A DNA stretch of 64,000 nucleotides, taken from assembly GCF_009914755.1 (NCBI RefSeq), contig NC_060926.1; one strand, given 5' to 3'. How positions within the stretch are numbered: the stretch's first letter is position 1; each line of letters begins with the position of its first letter. Both the position numbers and the translations under genes were made by a program. The notes below the pieces were generated by a model that was given only the letters and a program-made list of their open reading frames with translations, ran no database searches and was not told the origin of the DNA. The stretch is from the human T2T-CHM13v2.0 reference genome, Homo sapiens. Of the stretch, positions 13,508 through 25,930 are shown one piece after another.

Positions 13508-14479
13508 CATTTTCTTTTTTTGGGGAAAATATACTTGCTTGAGGATAAGAAAGAGAGTCTAAAACCAATGCTAATGGGCATCTATTGTAATACCAGCTGA
13601 TTCTACCATGTTCACTTTAATTTTTGGTTCAACAATCATTTTTCAAATGGCTTCGATATTTGTATGATTCCCAGCTATTCTAGATGATCACAGCGTAACT
13701 TAGCTTTTGATTTAAATGTCATACATGAGGAATACTTGCAAAGTATTAATTGGTTAAATTTTAGTGGTTATTTTTCAATAACCATTAATTCATTATCTTT
13801 TTTGTTATGGATAGTTCACCTATAATATTCTCAGTGAAGACCATATCCTATTAATTAATTTAGCTTTCTAAAAACATTATTGATCTGGAATTCCAGGGAA
13901 GAAAATTTTGTGAAAGAGATGTCTTATCATTTTAAAAGCCTTTCTTCAGTCTCCATTGTCCAAAAGCAAAGTTATATTGGAGAACAAATTGTACAGTAAA
14001 TGTTTTCATGTTTTCCTTGTGATCTAACATGTATAAATTTAAAACTCACACACAAACATTATGCACTACAGATGATTAAAAATAAAGAGTCTAGAGAATA
14101 ATGTGTGATCTTACTTTCTTTAGTGTATGTATTTGTGTCAATACCACTGGCTGAGCGGTATACAATTTCACTTTCCTTTAGCTCCACAGTAAACTCAAGA
14201 TCATTTCTAGGTGCTTCTCAGCTTTTCCAGCTCGTGTGGAGCTATAGAACGGAGGGTAGAATGTTTCTGCTTCAACAGGGATTTTTCCCAATCCACACTG
14301 AATGAAATATCCATGTGTCTAATAGTTCATTTATTAATCTTTGTTCTGAGTTCTTTTTACAACTAGAATTTTTAGTTCCTCAGCACAGTCCAGCAAGTCT
14401 CATTTCTAATGAAATAAACCTTAACTAAATGCATTTGACTTTCTGTCAGGTAAAAGTTAAGAACACGAAGTTAGTCCTA

Positions 14480-15180
14480 GACTCTTCTCAAGGAGCCTTC
14501 AGACCACTGAGTGAGAAGGATATAAATGATCAATTTCATTAAAGCACAGTAAGTGCCATAATAACACAGAAGAGGAAAAGACACATGCTGCTTAGAAGAG
14601 TAATAAAAGAACACCCCCAAAATTACACACGATTTCAGCTTTGAAAGATAATTAGCAGTTAGCTAGGAAAAGAAAATGGTGACTGTATGCAAAGACACAC
14701 TGGCAGATTCAGAGATCATGTGGAATTCAGAGTGGTTAGATCAGGACATTTATCAAGAAGCGGTGGGTGGAGGGAGGATTCTGAAAAGTTTAATGAAAGT
14801 CTGATCTTGAAGGTTTTTATTCTCTAAGGACTTTGGACTTGATTCTGTCGGTAATAAGGCAGTAAAAGGAAATTTAAAGCAGAAGTGATTTGTGAATATC
14901 TGTTTTTTATGAAGTTATTTTTAGCATATGAGGATTAATTAGGAATCAGTAGCAGGTAAAGGAGTACGAAAAAAGAGATGTTCCTAGCCTTGGAGAGAAG
15001 ATGGAGAAGAGGATTAATGCTTGCCAGATGTTCATGAAATGTATTTGACAGGGCTTGCTATTGGTTGGGCTTAAATTGTGAAGGGGTTTGCTTAGGAGGT
15101 TAACTTTGAAGTACCTGAAATCACTAGGGGTAATTAACAAATCACTATAAATTCATGCTTGGCGTTTGAGAGAGAGTTGA
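14480..15180 (-). mobile_element. L2 fragment
   Basis: ctcaaggagc...tttgaaagataattagcagttagctagg...taaggactttggacttgattctg; approximate. Confidence 0.65.
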
Positions 15181-15494
15181 AGTAACACTGATATACTAGA
15201 CAAAGTGCAGAGTGGTTAGAATGAAAATATAAATTAACCAAAGGCAAAAGTGCAATGGCAGGGTTTTCATTGTCAGATTGTAGAAGGTGCTATCTTTAGT
15301 AGAATTCTCCACTTTCGCAGTTTAGTAGGATTTCTACAGGTTCAACTGAATGAATTATCTTCTGACTCATCCAATATAAATTATATTTTACATGCCCTTT
15401 GAATCTCTGAGAAGTGGCTTAATTGGTAGTATATTATCCTTTTTTATTTTTAAAGACATCGAGGTATTAGAACAGTAGTGATATGTTTCTTCAT

Positions 15495-15692
15495 AATAAT
15501 AACAGTAGTGATTACTAATTACCTTGAAATGTTAACTAGAAGTACAATGCTAAGGGTTATATTTACAGTTCTATAAAGTAAGAACAATTCATAGCCTTAT
15601 TTTATTACAGATGAAGAAAATGAAGCTTGGAGAGTTCCAAAACTAGGATTCAACTTTGGGTTTCACGTCTCCAAGATCTCATGCTCTACACC
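15495..15692 (-). mobile_element. MIR
   Basis: attacagatgaagaaaatgaagctt core; followed by a MER5-like fragment to about 15815. Confidence 0.7.
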
Positions 15693-16564
15693 AGCGGTTT
15701 TGAAATGTTACTGATGCCTAGATCCACCTAGAGATTTTGGCTTAATTGCCGTGAGTGAAACTCAGTCCTAAAAGCTCCCCTGATAATTCTAATTACAGCC
15801 AGACACGCAAACCACCTTTTCAAACCTTATCACTTCACTGTCTTCTACTTTGGAAGATACCATCACAATCACAATCTCAATGGCTCCCCCTGGAGCTCAA
15901 TGCAGATAGTGCACTATGGAGTTGCACAGTGTGGCAGCTGTGCCTAAACACATTCACCCTCTGGAAAACCCTCAAATCCAAGAGTTTGAATAAGTATAAT
16001 TAATGTAAAGCCCTTCTTTATACTAAAAAAATGAGAGTCTGGAAAAATTTTCTAACTTATTAGGATTATGTAAAAGTTTTTATCATATTGTTTTTATATT
16101 TATCAAGAAAAGATATAATCAATATATTTGATTGAATACAGGTATAACCAATAAAAAATCACAGAGTGAGAATATTTTAATTTTTGAAATGGAGGGCAAT
16201 GTCATGATGTGACTATTCATAGCTATTTTGTTAGAGGATGATAGAAATGATACAACCATGAAATGAGGGGGGTAGAATGAACTGCCGATCTCAAAACGTG
16301 CAGTTTTCTCACTGCTTTGGAAAACCTCTGGCTTTACTTACTCGTGTGAGGACTTCACAGAGCTCCTGGCCAACTAGAAGGGGCCAAGAACCTATCCAAA
16401 AATAACAAAATCAAGGAAGAGGTAGGACAGTGCTAGGCTGAAGGTCTAGACAGAGTCAGCTCTGTTATGGTGCTGGGAGGGTGCAGTGTGATCCTGGAGA
16501 CCATGAGAAAAGTTTTATGAATGAAGGCAGTGGGAATGCAAGGAGAGCAATACAAACAGTTGTT

Positions 16565-16735
16565 CTTATGGAAAGAGAATGGGCATTGGAGATAGATCAG
16601 TCTACTCTCATACTTCACTAGCTGTGTGATCTTAGGTCAAATCATTAACAACTCTGAATTTCAGTTTGCTTTTCTATAAAAAGAGGTGGTAATGAACTTA
16701 TAAATGTGAAAGTACCTAACCCAGAACCTTGTTAC
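16565..16735 (+). mobile_element. MIR
   Basis: cactagctgtgtgatcttaggtcaaatcattaacaactctgaatttcagttt. Confidence 0.75.
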
Positions 16736-18735
16736 TGATTTTTTTCTCCACATTGGCTTCAGCTGAAAGACAGTGGTAGGGAAAGCAGGAAGCTCCAGGG
16801 AACAGCAAGGTGGTGGTGGTGGTAAATCAAAGAGAAGGTGAAAATGAGGTGGGCTAGAAATGGAACAGTTTCAAGAACAGACACACACAGTCAATTCCAC
16901 TTGCTTGCAAACGAAAAACCACCACTGTAACGCAGCAGCCTCTTATCCATCCGGGGTTAATTCAGCTTGCCATGCTTTTGGCAGGATGGGCTGGATGCTC
17001 TGTAGGGTCCCCTCAAAAAGAGCACAGGCTACAGTCACTTCATTTTCTAATGCTGCTGCGTGAGTTTTCATTTAATTAAGAAGGCTAACCTTTAGAATGA
17101 CAGTTTATTTATTTTTTCTTCCTTTAGCTAGTTTACTATGATCCTAATGCAAGCTGAAAATGTGATAGTAAAGAGGCCCAAGGTTTCACTGATAAGGCTA
17201 ACGTGTTGTTTCTGTATTTACAGAAAAAATATTAATAGGCATATTTATAGATGCATAAGCCAAAATTCCTTTCAGATAAATCTGATCTTAAGTTGGTGGG
17301 AACAGTAGGAAAGGAAAGATAAGCCCTGGAGGAGTATATATCAAAAAGACATCCCATATACTAAATAACTGAGGCCCTAACAACACATGTGCTTGTAATT
17401 AGCTGTATTAAAAGCATGTAAAGTTAGATTCTTACTCAATCCTCTAAACCTCTGGATATGGAGAAGTAGCTACTTAAAGCCTCTGTTGTGCACAGTGTCT
17501 GTGGTGCTCTCTAGACAGAATGGCCAAATGAACCAGGGAGAAAGGGGAGAGTGACCCGTTATGGTGAATGCCATGGGGCCACAGCCCTGCATGCTCTGTC
17601 TTTGCCCATGGTTGATGATGCTGTCCTTTGTCCTCTATAGTATTAGCAAGCAGATGGGGACCCTCAAGCACTGGCAGAGTCTAGAGAATAATGCGTCATT
17701 TGCTGTGCCCTGGATTTATCCACAAACTCCCATGAGCTAGTGTCTGCTTAGAGAGTTCGCCAGATCTGCCCTGACCCTAAGTATACCTGCCATAACTGTT
17801 ATGCTTGTGTTGTTTCTTCTTGGGTGCCGTTTTCTCTTTCTGTTAGGGAATACTTTTTGTCTGCTCTTCACGGAGACTGTTCACATGAATGGAATTCTGA
17901 ATGGAGATTCTATTACTAAACTAGAGCTAACTCTGACTGTTCCTGACTGTGTCTGCTGACTAAGGAGTGCCCCATTGTCATTAACTGCTCGGCCTCACAC
18001 TAGGATCACTCATACGGATGATGGTGATTTTTTTTTTTTTTTTTGGACATTGAGGGTAGCAGTGAGTCTTTTCCCAGCTTCGCCCCATTGGTAAGCCACC
18101 AGGTATCACTGGTTTATTGACAGATTAAATAAAATAATACCAGGACTATTATAACTGACCCTTGGGTCCAGAGGAATTCTGAAGTTTGTGTTTCCCTCAC
18201 TGTGAGCACCTTTAATCCTGTACCCTGACAGCAACAAGCAAGTATTGAAGGCAGAGTAGCAGATTTCAATTCTCTTCTCATTAAATGTAAAATAGAGCAA
18301 ATAAACAAATAAGCTGTGACTGGGATCTTAGGATGAATACTCCTAGGTAAGTTCTATACCACATTATTATGTCCCCTAGTTTTTACTGACAGTGTTAGTA
18401 CAAATAGCAAATTAACATTACTTTCCCAGGTATATTTCCACTGAATGAAAAGAGAATAGTTCTTATGTTGCTAATCTAGCAGCCTTGCTCCAGGTACCAA
18501 CATCACTTTAAATGAAGAAAAGGTCAAAGAACAATGAAGCAGGAAGTACTGCTGCACTTACAGCATCTCCTGCTATCTTCCCGGCAGTCTTCCCATCTTT
18601 GGATATTTTCAACCCATTATAAATGAGTTCACTGGAGGTCGAGTGATTTGCCACATACCTGAATGAACTGTAGAAAAGAAGTGCTATAAAATTCTTTTTG
18701 TGTATCCATTGGTACTCACTCCTACACCCACAAAT

Positions 18736-18762
18736 ACACACACACACACACACACACACACA
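18736..18762. repeat. (AC)n microsatellite
   Basis: Direct reading. Confidence 0.95.
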
Positions 18763-19064
18763 AATACATATATATGCTCTTATTTTAACATAACCAAGCT
18801 TTAAAAGCTGTTTGTCATCTTTAAGCTCTACTATATAATAGATTTCAACTTAGCTCATTATATACCTTATGCAAAATTCGGGGCCAAACAGCAATTTTTA
18901 TAGCATGCTAGTTATTTCTTCTAACAGCAGTGGTAGGAAAGAGTCCAGCTATTTTAATTTGAGCTGGCATGGTATTTAAATGTGTTCTTATACAGGATAA
19001 TAGCAATCATTGCACAAATCACAGTAGAAATATAATTCATCTATAAACAGAATGCAAGGTAGAG

Positions 19065-19076
19065 GGTCACATGACC
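19065..19076. promoter_or_regulatory. Candidate MiT/TFE/USF extended E-box (GGTCACATGACC)
   Basis: One base from the palindrome GGTCACGTGACC; reverse strand reads GTCATGTGAC (M-box core); motif only. Confidence 0.3.
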
Positions 19077-19881
19077 TTTACAAGGACCTGTGTGGAAAAT
19101 CCTGTCCTAGCTTTAAATTCTGTTTTTAGTAGGACAGATATTCTCTGACAAAAGGTTTTTTCCTCCGTCTTATTTTTTTTCAGGTATTAACAACATCTGC
19201 AATGTTTCCTCCAGTTGATGTTATCGTCCACATGGCAGATTTAACATCATGCCTGTCAGTTTTCTAAATCTTCCCAGGGAGAAGCAGTTTTGCACTCACC
19301 TCCTTATGTATCATTCTAGCTCTTATTTCTTTTTCCAGTTAAAAGGCCTGTGAAGCTAAATGAAACTAGAAGCTATAACTGTTATCCAGAGCTAGTGACA
19401 CTGGATTTCTCTCCAGGGAACCAACTGCATCTATTTAAAATAAACTTTCAGGTGAGCATTTGGGAAATCTTTACTAAATAGAAGGGCTCTTGATAGAATG
19501 CAGTAGTCTCTACAATAGAACATTGACCTTGACCATGCAGGACAACTTTGAGGTTTTTGCAGCATTATAAATGAGGGCCCAATAATCTAATATGGATATC
19601 CAGTAAAATACTTTTCTTCAGTATCCATATGGTTGTCAAACTAATACTAGACGGGGGAGAGGAAAAACTGCTCATGGTGATTCCCTTTTTCTTCCTTGGT
19701 AATGGCGGCAAGTGAGCGTGAGCATGTGTAGATGGGCACAAGGCTAGGAAATCTAAGTCCAAAATAAATTTTCTTTGATTAATTTTTTAACAAATTATAA
19801 ATATTAATTATTCATTTATAAACACAAACATTCCATTTTCTATCTCCACTTTTCCCTATTTCTTATTGTATTGAAATAAAA

Positions 19882-19893
19882 AGAAACGAAACT
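19882..19893 (-). promoter_or_regulatory. Candidate ISRE (AGTTTCGTTTCT)
   Basis: Matches AGTTTCN(1-2)TTTC; motif only. Confidence 0.3.
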
Positions 19894-20269
19894 AGCTTCA
19901 TCTCTTAACACGTGCCTGCTCCTCTTGGGGCAGTGGGGGAAGAGACAGAGAAGCAAAAACCAGTTGTGTAATATGAAGTGTGGCAATATGACGGGAGATC
20001 TAACTCAACGTGTGGTGACAAGGAGAAAGAAAGGGGTGTGGTCAAAGGTAGATGCAAATAAAAAAGGTCATAGGATGGAACCGAGCAGAAAATGTGGTGC
20101 TGGCTCTTTTTTCTAGCAAATCTGTATCAAATGATTGGCAGGTGCTGTCTATAACGTTGTGTTGTAAGGAGCCATAAACCCACTCATTGGCCTTACAAAG
20201 GCTAGAAGCATTTGTTTCCACAGCACTCAATTGGCATTGGCATCGACATTGTACCACTGAGGCCATATT

Positions 20270-20405
20270 GTGTGGTGTATTTGGCTGCCTATCTTCCCCC
20301 GTAGGCCACCAGAGTGAATGGTCTTTGATTTATTCATCTCTATTTTCTCAAAGCTAGCAGAGAGCCTGGCACACAATAATCACTGAAAAATGTTTGCTAA
20401 ATGTT
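20270..20405 (+). mobile_element. L2 3' terminus
   Basis: ctagcagagagcctggcacacaataatcactgaaaaatgtttgctaaatg. Confidence 0.75.
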
Positions 20406-20809
20406 TATTTGGAACCTGAGTCAAAATGAATCATAGTGGTCTTGTCTTTGATAATAAGGGTTTTGCATGAATGGATAGGGAATATGGGAAGAAATTATAC
20501 TTCCTGTTCAATGTAAGGATATAGAAATAAAACATTAAAAAGAAAGCACAAAAATATGTGCAGAAAGAGAGAGAGGAAAAGAGGACACCCAGGAGAATAG
20601 AGACATCACTTCTTGAGGGTGCAATTTGAGAAGAAACAGCTTCAAGGAGACAATGATAGAAGCGAGATCCTGAAACTCCTAACGGCAAGAAAATTTGAGG
20701 CACATTTGACAAATGTGTGGCTCTCAGTTGCAGAGGACAAAAACACCTGTTTAGATATCCACAGCTACATAGGATGGCCATGTAAATAAGCCATAGTGCC
20801 ATTTAAGAA

Positions 20810-21410
20810 ATTGTTCTATCCAAAAGTACTTAAATTTGAGTTTATTAAAAATACAGAAGATAGAGAAACATATTATCAGATACCATAAGGAAAAAAGAAA
20901 ACTTTTAATGTGAGTCCCTTTAAAAGACAACTAAATCAGTTGTTTTCAACAAATGTTTAAAGGCAGGAAAAAAAAGGCAGAGGGGCCCTATTCCCAATTA
21001 AAGGATATTCAAAAGACATAACACGTAGAATTTATTTCGATCCTCATTTGAAGAAATCAGCTTCAAAAAGACATTTTGCAAAAAAAACAGGGAAATTTGA
21101 ATATGCATTAGAAATGAAACAGTGTCAAGGAATTACTGCTAATGTTTGTTGACTGTGATAATGGCACTGTAATTATATAAGAAAATATTCCTCTATTTTA
21201 GAGAAACATACTGAAATACACAGGAGTGAAATGACATGATGTCTGATATTTTAAAATATTTCAGGCCAAAGAAGAAAGAAAAAAATTTGAAAAAAAGAGA
21301 GATTGGGCAAGAGTAGCAAACCTAAATAATTATTATTACATCTAGGTGATGAATCTATGGTGTTTCTATATTCTTCTCTCTACTTTTGTGTATGTCTGAT
21401 TTTTTTTAAG
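20810..21410 (+). mobile_element. Old L1 (L1MC/L1ME) 3' UTR
   Basis: aaaaagacatttt...gggaaatttgaatatg...tgtgataatgg...catactgaaata...gtgaaatgacatgatgtctg. Confidence 0.7.
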
Positions 21411-23479
21411 TAAACATACCTTTAACATTATATATATTAGCATATATTTTATGTTATAAATGAATGGAGAACCATTGTTATGTTTTGTGCAATCCGTTCA
21501 CCCCTGGATATAGACTATTTACTGTGAACAGACATCCTTAAAGTATATATTTATGATGTAAATTTAAGTTAATATGTCCTATTTTCTTAAATCTTCTTCA
21601 GACATAGGGACTACCAATAAGGTCCATTTTTTCTTATGCTAGTCAAATGAAAACCTTGATTTGGCTGTAACTGTAAAAATTCGACTGTATGTTTCACAAC
21701 TGACTGATGTGATAAAAGAAAAATAATACATTTGTTACTTCTGAGTGACGTAAGATGAAATATCTTTCCGAAGGGTCTTTCAGTGTATCAAAAGGCCTGT
21801 TTGCCTCACTAGTGCCTCCTTGGGTTGATTTCTGAAAACAAACAAACACAAACATACCTTTGTGACAGAAGTAAGATAATGTATATTCTAGGAATGATTA
21901 ACATGATAGTTGGTCTGAAATTCATTACCACAAATCACAGAAGACAAATTGAGAAAGCTGTAACAGAGCATGCCAATCTTGACACTGGAGGTAGAAGCCG
22001 TAGATTAAGATAGGAAGTAAGAGCATTTGGGAGATGCTGAACGCACCGTATTACCCAGAGTTTTCTGCTCTGGATGTCTAAGAGGTCATAGTAAGGCCTT
22101 GAACACAGGGAGTAAATCATTGAGGTAAAGGTGGTAGAGAACTTGGTTAGCTAGGATATAACTGTGGATGAAAGTCAAAATAAAATAAAATAAATTACAC
22201 TTTTTCACTCCCACTTCCCATCTTTCCTCTGAAAACATTTTAAATGAAAATATGTCTATATCAGGAAGTTAGCATTTGAAGTAAGGGAAAATAGGGATTG
22301 TGATTCTTAGACATAGCTCTGCATTTTCGCAAATAGGAGCTCAATGGTTACACAGAAATGCATCCCTGAAAAGCAAAGTGGGTGCCCACGGAATTGTCAT
22401 GGTTCCTCTTTCCTCTCGCCCCACTAGGGCTTTGAAGAGGGAGGCCTTGACTGTTAAGAGGAAAACATGAAGAGAAAAACTGAATGGCTCTATGTGTAGA
22501 CATCCTTTCATTCAGAAATATATTAATAACATTTAGGGTCCGAAAAATACAAAAGGAAACAAAATTACTTTTATTATGTTATAGAAATTGTTTGAAGACT
22601 CATAAAATGGAGAGATTTGAATTAGATACCTACAGTTTTTATAATGTATGTTTGGTTATGCATGGGAGAGTGGGCGGAGGTGGATATAAGGAGAGTGTCT
22701 GGAAAGGGAAAATTGAAATTGGATCCACGTATTTTAAATTGCAGTGCCATATTTTTAACCACTTCAGTTTTTTCTTCCAATTGTGTCAGTATTTATGTAT
22801 TTGCTTCTATGTATACTCAGAACAATTTTAAAGCAATTTTACTATTTTATCTCCTTTCCATATTAAAAAATTCCCCTCATTTCCTGAAACACAGATTTGA
22901 ATGAACGTGAAACTGTAATAAATCATTATTTGGATTTTTCTAATATAAAAATATTTTAATTTGCTCATTTTAACATTTTTATTTCTTGGCTTTTAAGAAG
23001 TTTTATTTCCTTCGTTATATAACACTGCTTTTCATTGCCTTCTTTTAAATGATGAAGTTATAAAGCTTTCATTTTGGTTCAGAAAATCACAGCTCTACTG
23101 AAAGCAATCTGAACCATATTACCTCATTATAACTAATTTAACCTTTTAACATTATAGACCAAGGGAGACCAAATGCCAAAATAAATTCTTCCTTTTCTGG
23201 AGAGAAGTTGATGGCATGCCTTCCTACTAGGTACTCAGGATAGAAAAAGATGGCTAATACAGTATTCTGGACTGATTTCAGATCACGAGTTTTATTAACA
23301 GAATAAAGGTGTGCTAAGTTCTGCCCATATTAACAGACCTGAATTTGGTGTCGTAAAACATATTAAGGGAATAGCCAATGGACTTTGCCTAAAGTAGTTG
23401 TTCATTTGAGAAAAGAAAGTCTGTTTGTATGGAACGTAACACAAAGCGATGTCAACAATAACAATAAGGCAGCTCAGTT

Positions 23480-24010
23480 TTTAGGTGCAGGGTGGGAAAG
23501 TTCTATGTTGTGTCTGAAATGGTCAGGTAAGCAGTAGACTTGAAATGTCTCAGTAAGAAAAGATAAGTTTTGTATAAATGTCCTGAATAACATTTTAGGT
23601 TGAAAGAATACTATGAATAAGGACGGGGTAATAAGAATGTGGATGACAGGTTTGGAAGGCTGTTTCGGTTAGTAATCTTGGAGCAGAGGATTCAAGTACA
23701 TAGATATAGGGGAAGAGAGCAGGGTATTGGAACATTGGAAAGAGGCAGTGTCCGGCTGTTGAAGGTGGACATTGAACTTTATTCTATAGATAGTGCCGAA
23801 CCTCTAAGGGCTTTACAGAAGCAATTCCAGTCCAATGCTTGCCTGATCATTTTAGACACAACATAGGACTTGCTGTCCTGTGCCTAAAATTGGTTTATGT
23901 GAAGCAGTTTTCAGAAATACTAATCTGGCAATATTTTTCAGATTTCTTTGGAAAGGGAAGAAAAACTCAGTGAGAAAAGGATTCAATAATACAAGCATAA
24001 TAGATACTAA
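23480..24010 (-). mobile_element. L2 fragment
   Basis: gacattgaactttattctatagatagtg and surrounding purine-rich antisense L2; approximate. Confidence 0.5.
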
Positions 24011-24708
24011 CCAAAAATAGCACAGCGAAGTAGAAAAGATAAAAATTCTAAACTGTGATTTTAAATTTTCAATTCAAGACAAAACAGATAGCTACCTCAT
24101 GAGCTTTGTCAGCTATTTTTAAAGGTAGCATCCTTCTTTTCTTTCTTCCAGTTTCCTGTTTATATTCTGACCTGAGAGTCTGATAGAGAATGTATTTTGG
24201 GATTTTTCTCTCTGCCTTTAATCTTTATTACAAAGCACTGTCCCAGTGATGTCTGTGATGCCCGTAAAACTCTTAGCCAAACCAAGGACAAAGAATCTGA
24301 CTCAGATAATGAAAAATAGACCTGTCTATCTGAATGTGACAAAGTATTCCATTTTTGGTGGTCTTTGAACCTATTGGGAAACCCATATTATAATTTATTT
24401 CCAAAAGATTGGAAGTTCAAGAGTTCTAAAGTCAGACTACCTTCGCTCAATGTCAGATTTACCCTATTTTATTCTAACACCGGAATGATAAAAATACATT
24501 ATGAACATTGTATGAGACAGCATATTCTTCATGTGGTGAGATGCACATATTGAGTACTCAATAACTTTCAGGAATTACTAACTCTCAGAAATTTATTTTT
24601 GTTTACTTTTATATAGTTATTTTGCTTTGTATATAAATGCAGCTACAGTTCATGATGATTATATAATTATTGATGACCATATTCAGTTTTGATTTATAAA
24701 TTATTTTT

Positions 24709-24987
24709 TAATTTTTTTTATTATACTTTAAGTTCTAGGGTACATGTGCACAATGTGCAGGTTTGTTACGTACGCATATATGTGCCATGTTGGTGTGCTG
24801 CATCCATTAACTCGTCATTTACATGAGGTATATCTCCTAATGCTATCCCTCCCCCGCTAGGGACATGGATGAAGCTGGAAACCATCACTCTCAGCAAACT
24901 ATCGCAAGGACAAAAAACCAAACACCGCATGTTCTCACTCATAGGTGGGAACTGAACAATGAGAACACTTGGACACAGAAAGGGGAA
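24709..24987 (-). mobile_element. L1PA4-like insertion, 5'-truncated with 5' inversion (twin priming)
   Basis: 24709-24856 is the antisense L1 3' end; 24857-24987 is an upstream L1 segment in opposite orientation; TSD TATAAATTATTTTT at 24695-24708 and 24988-25001. Confidence 0.92.
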
Positions 24988-25139
24988 TATAAATTATTTT
25001 TAAGTAGATGTTTTAGTTTCTGCAGTATCATAACTTCTCAATACCACTTTATGTTGATGTAATGTTCATAGACTAGGTGTTGATATTCATGCAGATTAAC
25101 CAGAGGATATAGAGGAATACTATTTGATTCCATTTAGGA

Positions 25140-25930
25140 AGCATTCATTGAAAACTATGTACTACGTTAAGTATATATGTCATGGTCCCTGACTTCAAGG
25201 GGCTTGTAGGTAAGTAAACAGACACACATGTACATAATAATTACAGTATAGTGCACAAGTTCACAGTAAGTGTAGACATAAGGCTAGGATTAGCACAATT
25301 AACTGTCTTAGGGAACGGAGATGACTTTGCAAAGGAAGCAACATATGAACTATGCTTTTTAGCTATTCATCTATTGCATGTCATGGTCATCAATTTGTGC
25401 AATAGGGTATAATGGGGTGAAAGTTAAAGAGGAAGAACAATTGTAAAACATGATTCAGAACACTATTTGCAAAGTACTGAAGCATAAATACCTTGCCAAG
25501 GCAATAAGCAGAATATGACTTCAAGTTGAGGAGCAAAACATACACTAGTGCTGTCCAATAGAAATAAAATGCTATCCACATATGAAACTTTAAATTTCCT
25601 AGTAGCTTTGTTTAAAAAAAGCAAAAAAAAATTAAATTAATTTTTATATTTTATTTAACTCAATGTATCTAAACTATTACCATTTCAACATGTAATTCAT
25701 GTAAATAATATTTACAAGAATTTGTATCTTCTTTTTTCATATTAAGTTTCAAAAATTCAGTATGTATACTACATTTACAGCACATCTCAATTTTAAGTGC
25801 TCAGTAGCTACATAAGGTTAGTGGTCACTGTGTTAGACAGTACAGGGCAGATTCAGACCATGAAGAGCTTGAACATTCTATTAAGGAATTTAGACTATAT
25901 CCTATCAAGTTTTGATAATATGTAAAGCGT
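25140..25930 (-). mobile_element. L2 interrupted by MER33
   Basis: cattcattga...catggtccctgacttcaaggggcttg before MER33; taaggaatttagactatatcct after it. Confidence 0.65.
25546..25845. mobile_element. MER33 (hAT-Charlie MITE)
   Basis: tagtgctgtccaatagaaat...catttacagcacatctcaattt...ttagacagtacag. Confidence 0.82.

Noticed and set aside
13280-13600. Hydrophobic ORFs with CVCVCV runs (also 18508, 46297, 55719, 55761)
   Set aside because: They are produced by dinucleotide microsatellites and T-rich sequence, with no domain similarity.
18005-18044. Small hairpin followed by a long T run, resembling an intrinsic terminator
   Set aside because: The stem is weak and bulged, the context is eukaryotic, and poly-T tracts are common; I found no Pol III gene upstream.
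19064-19077. Estrogen response element
   Set aside because: The half-sites are separated by 2 nt, not the 3 nt required.
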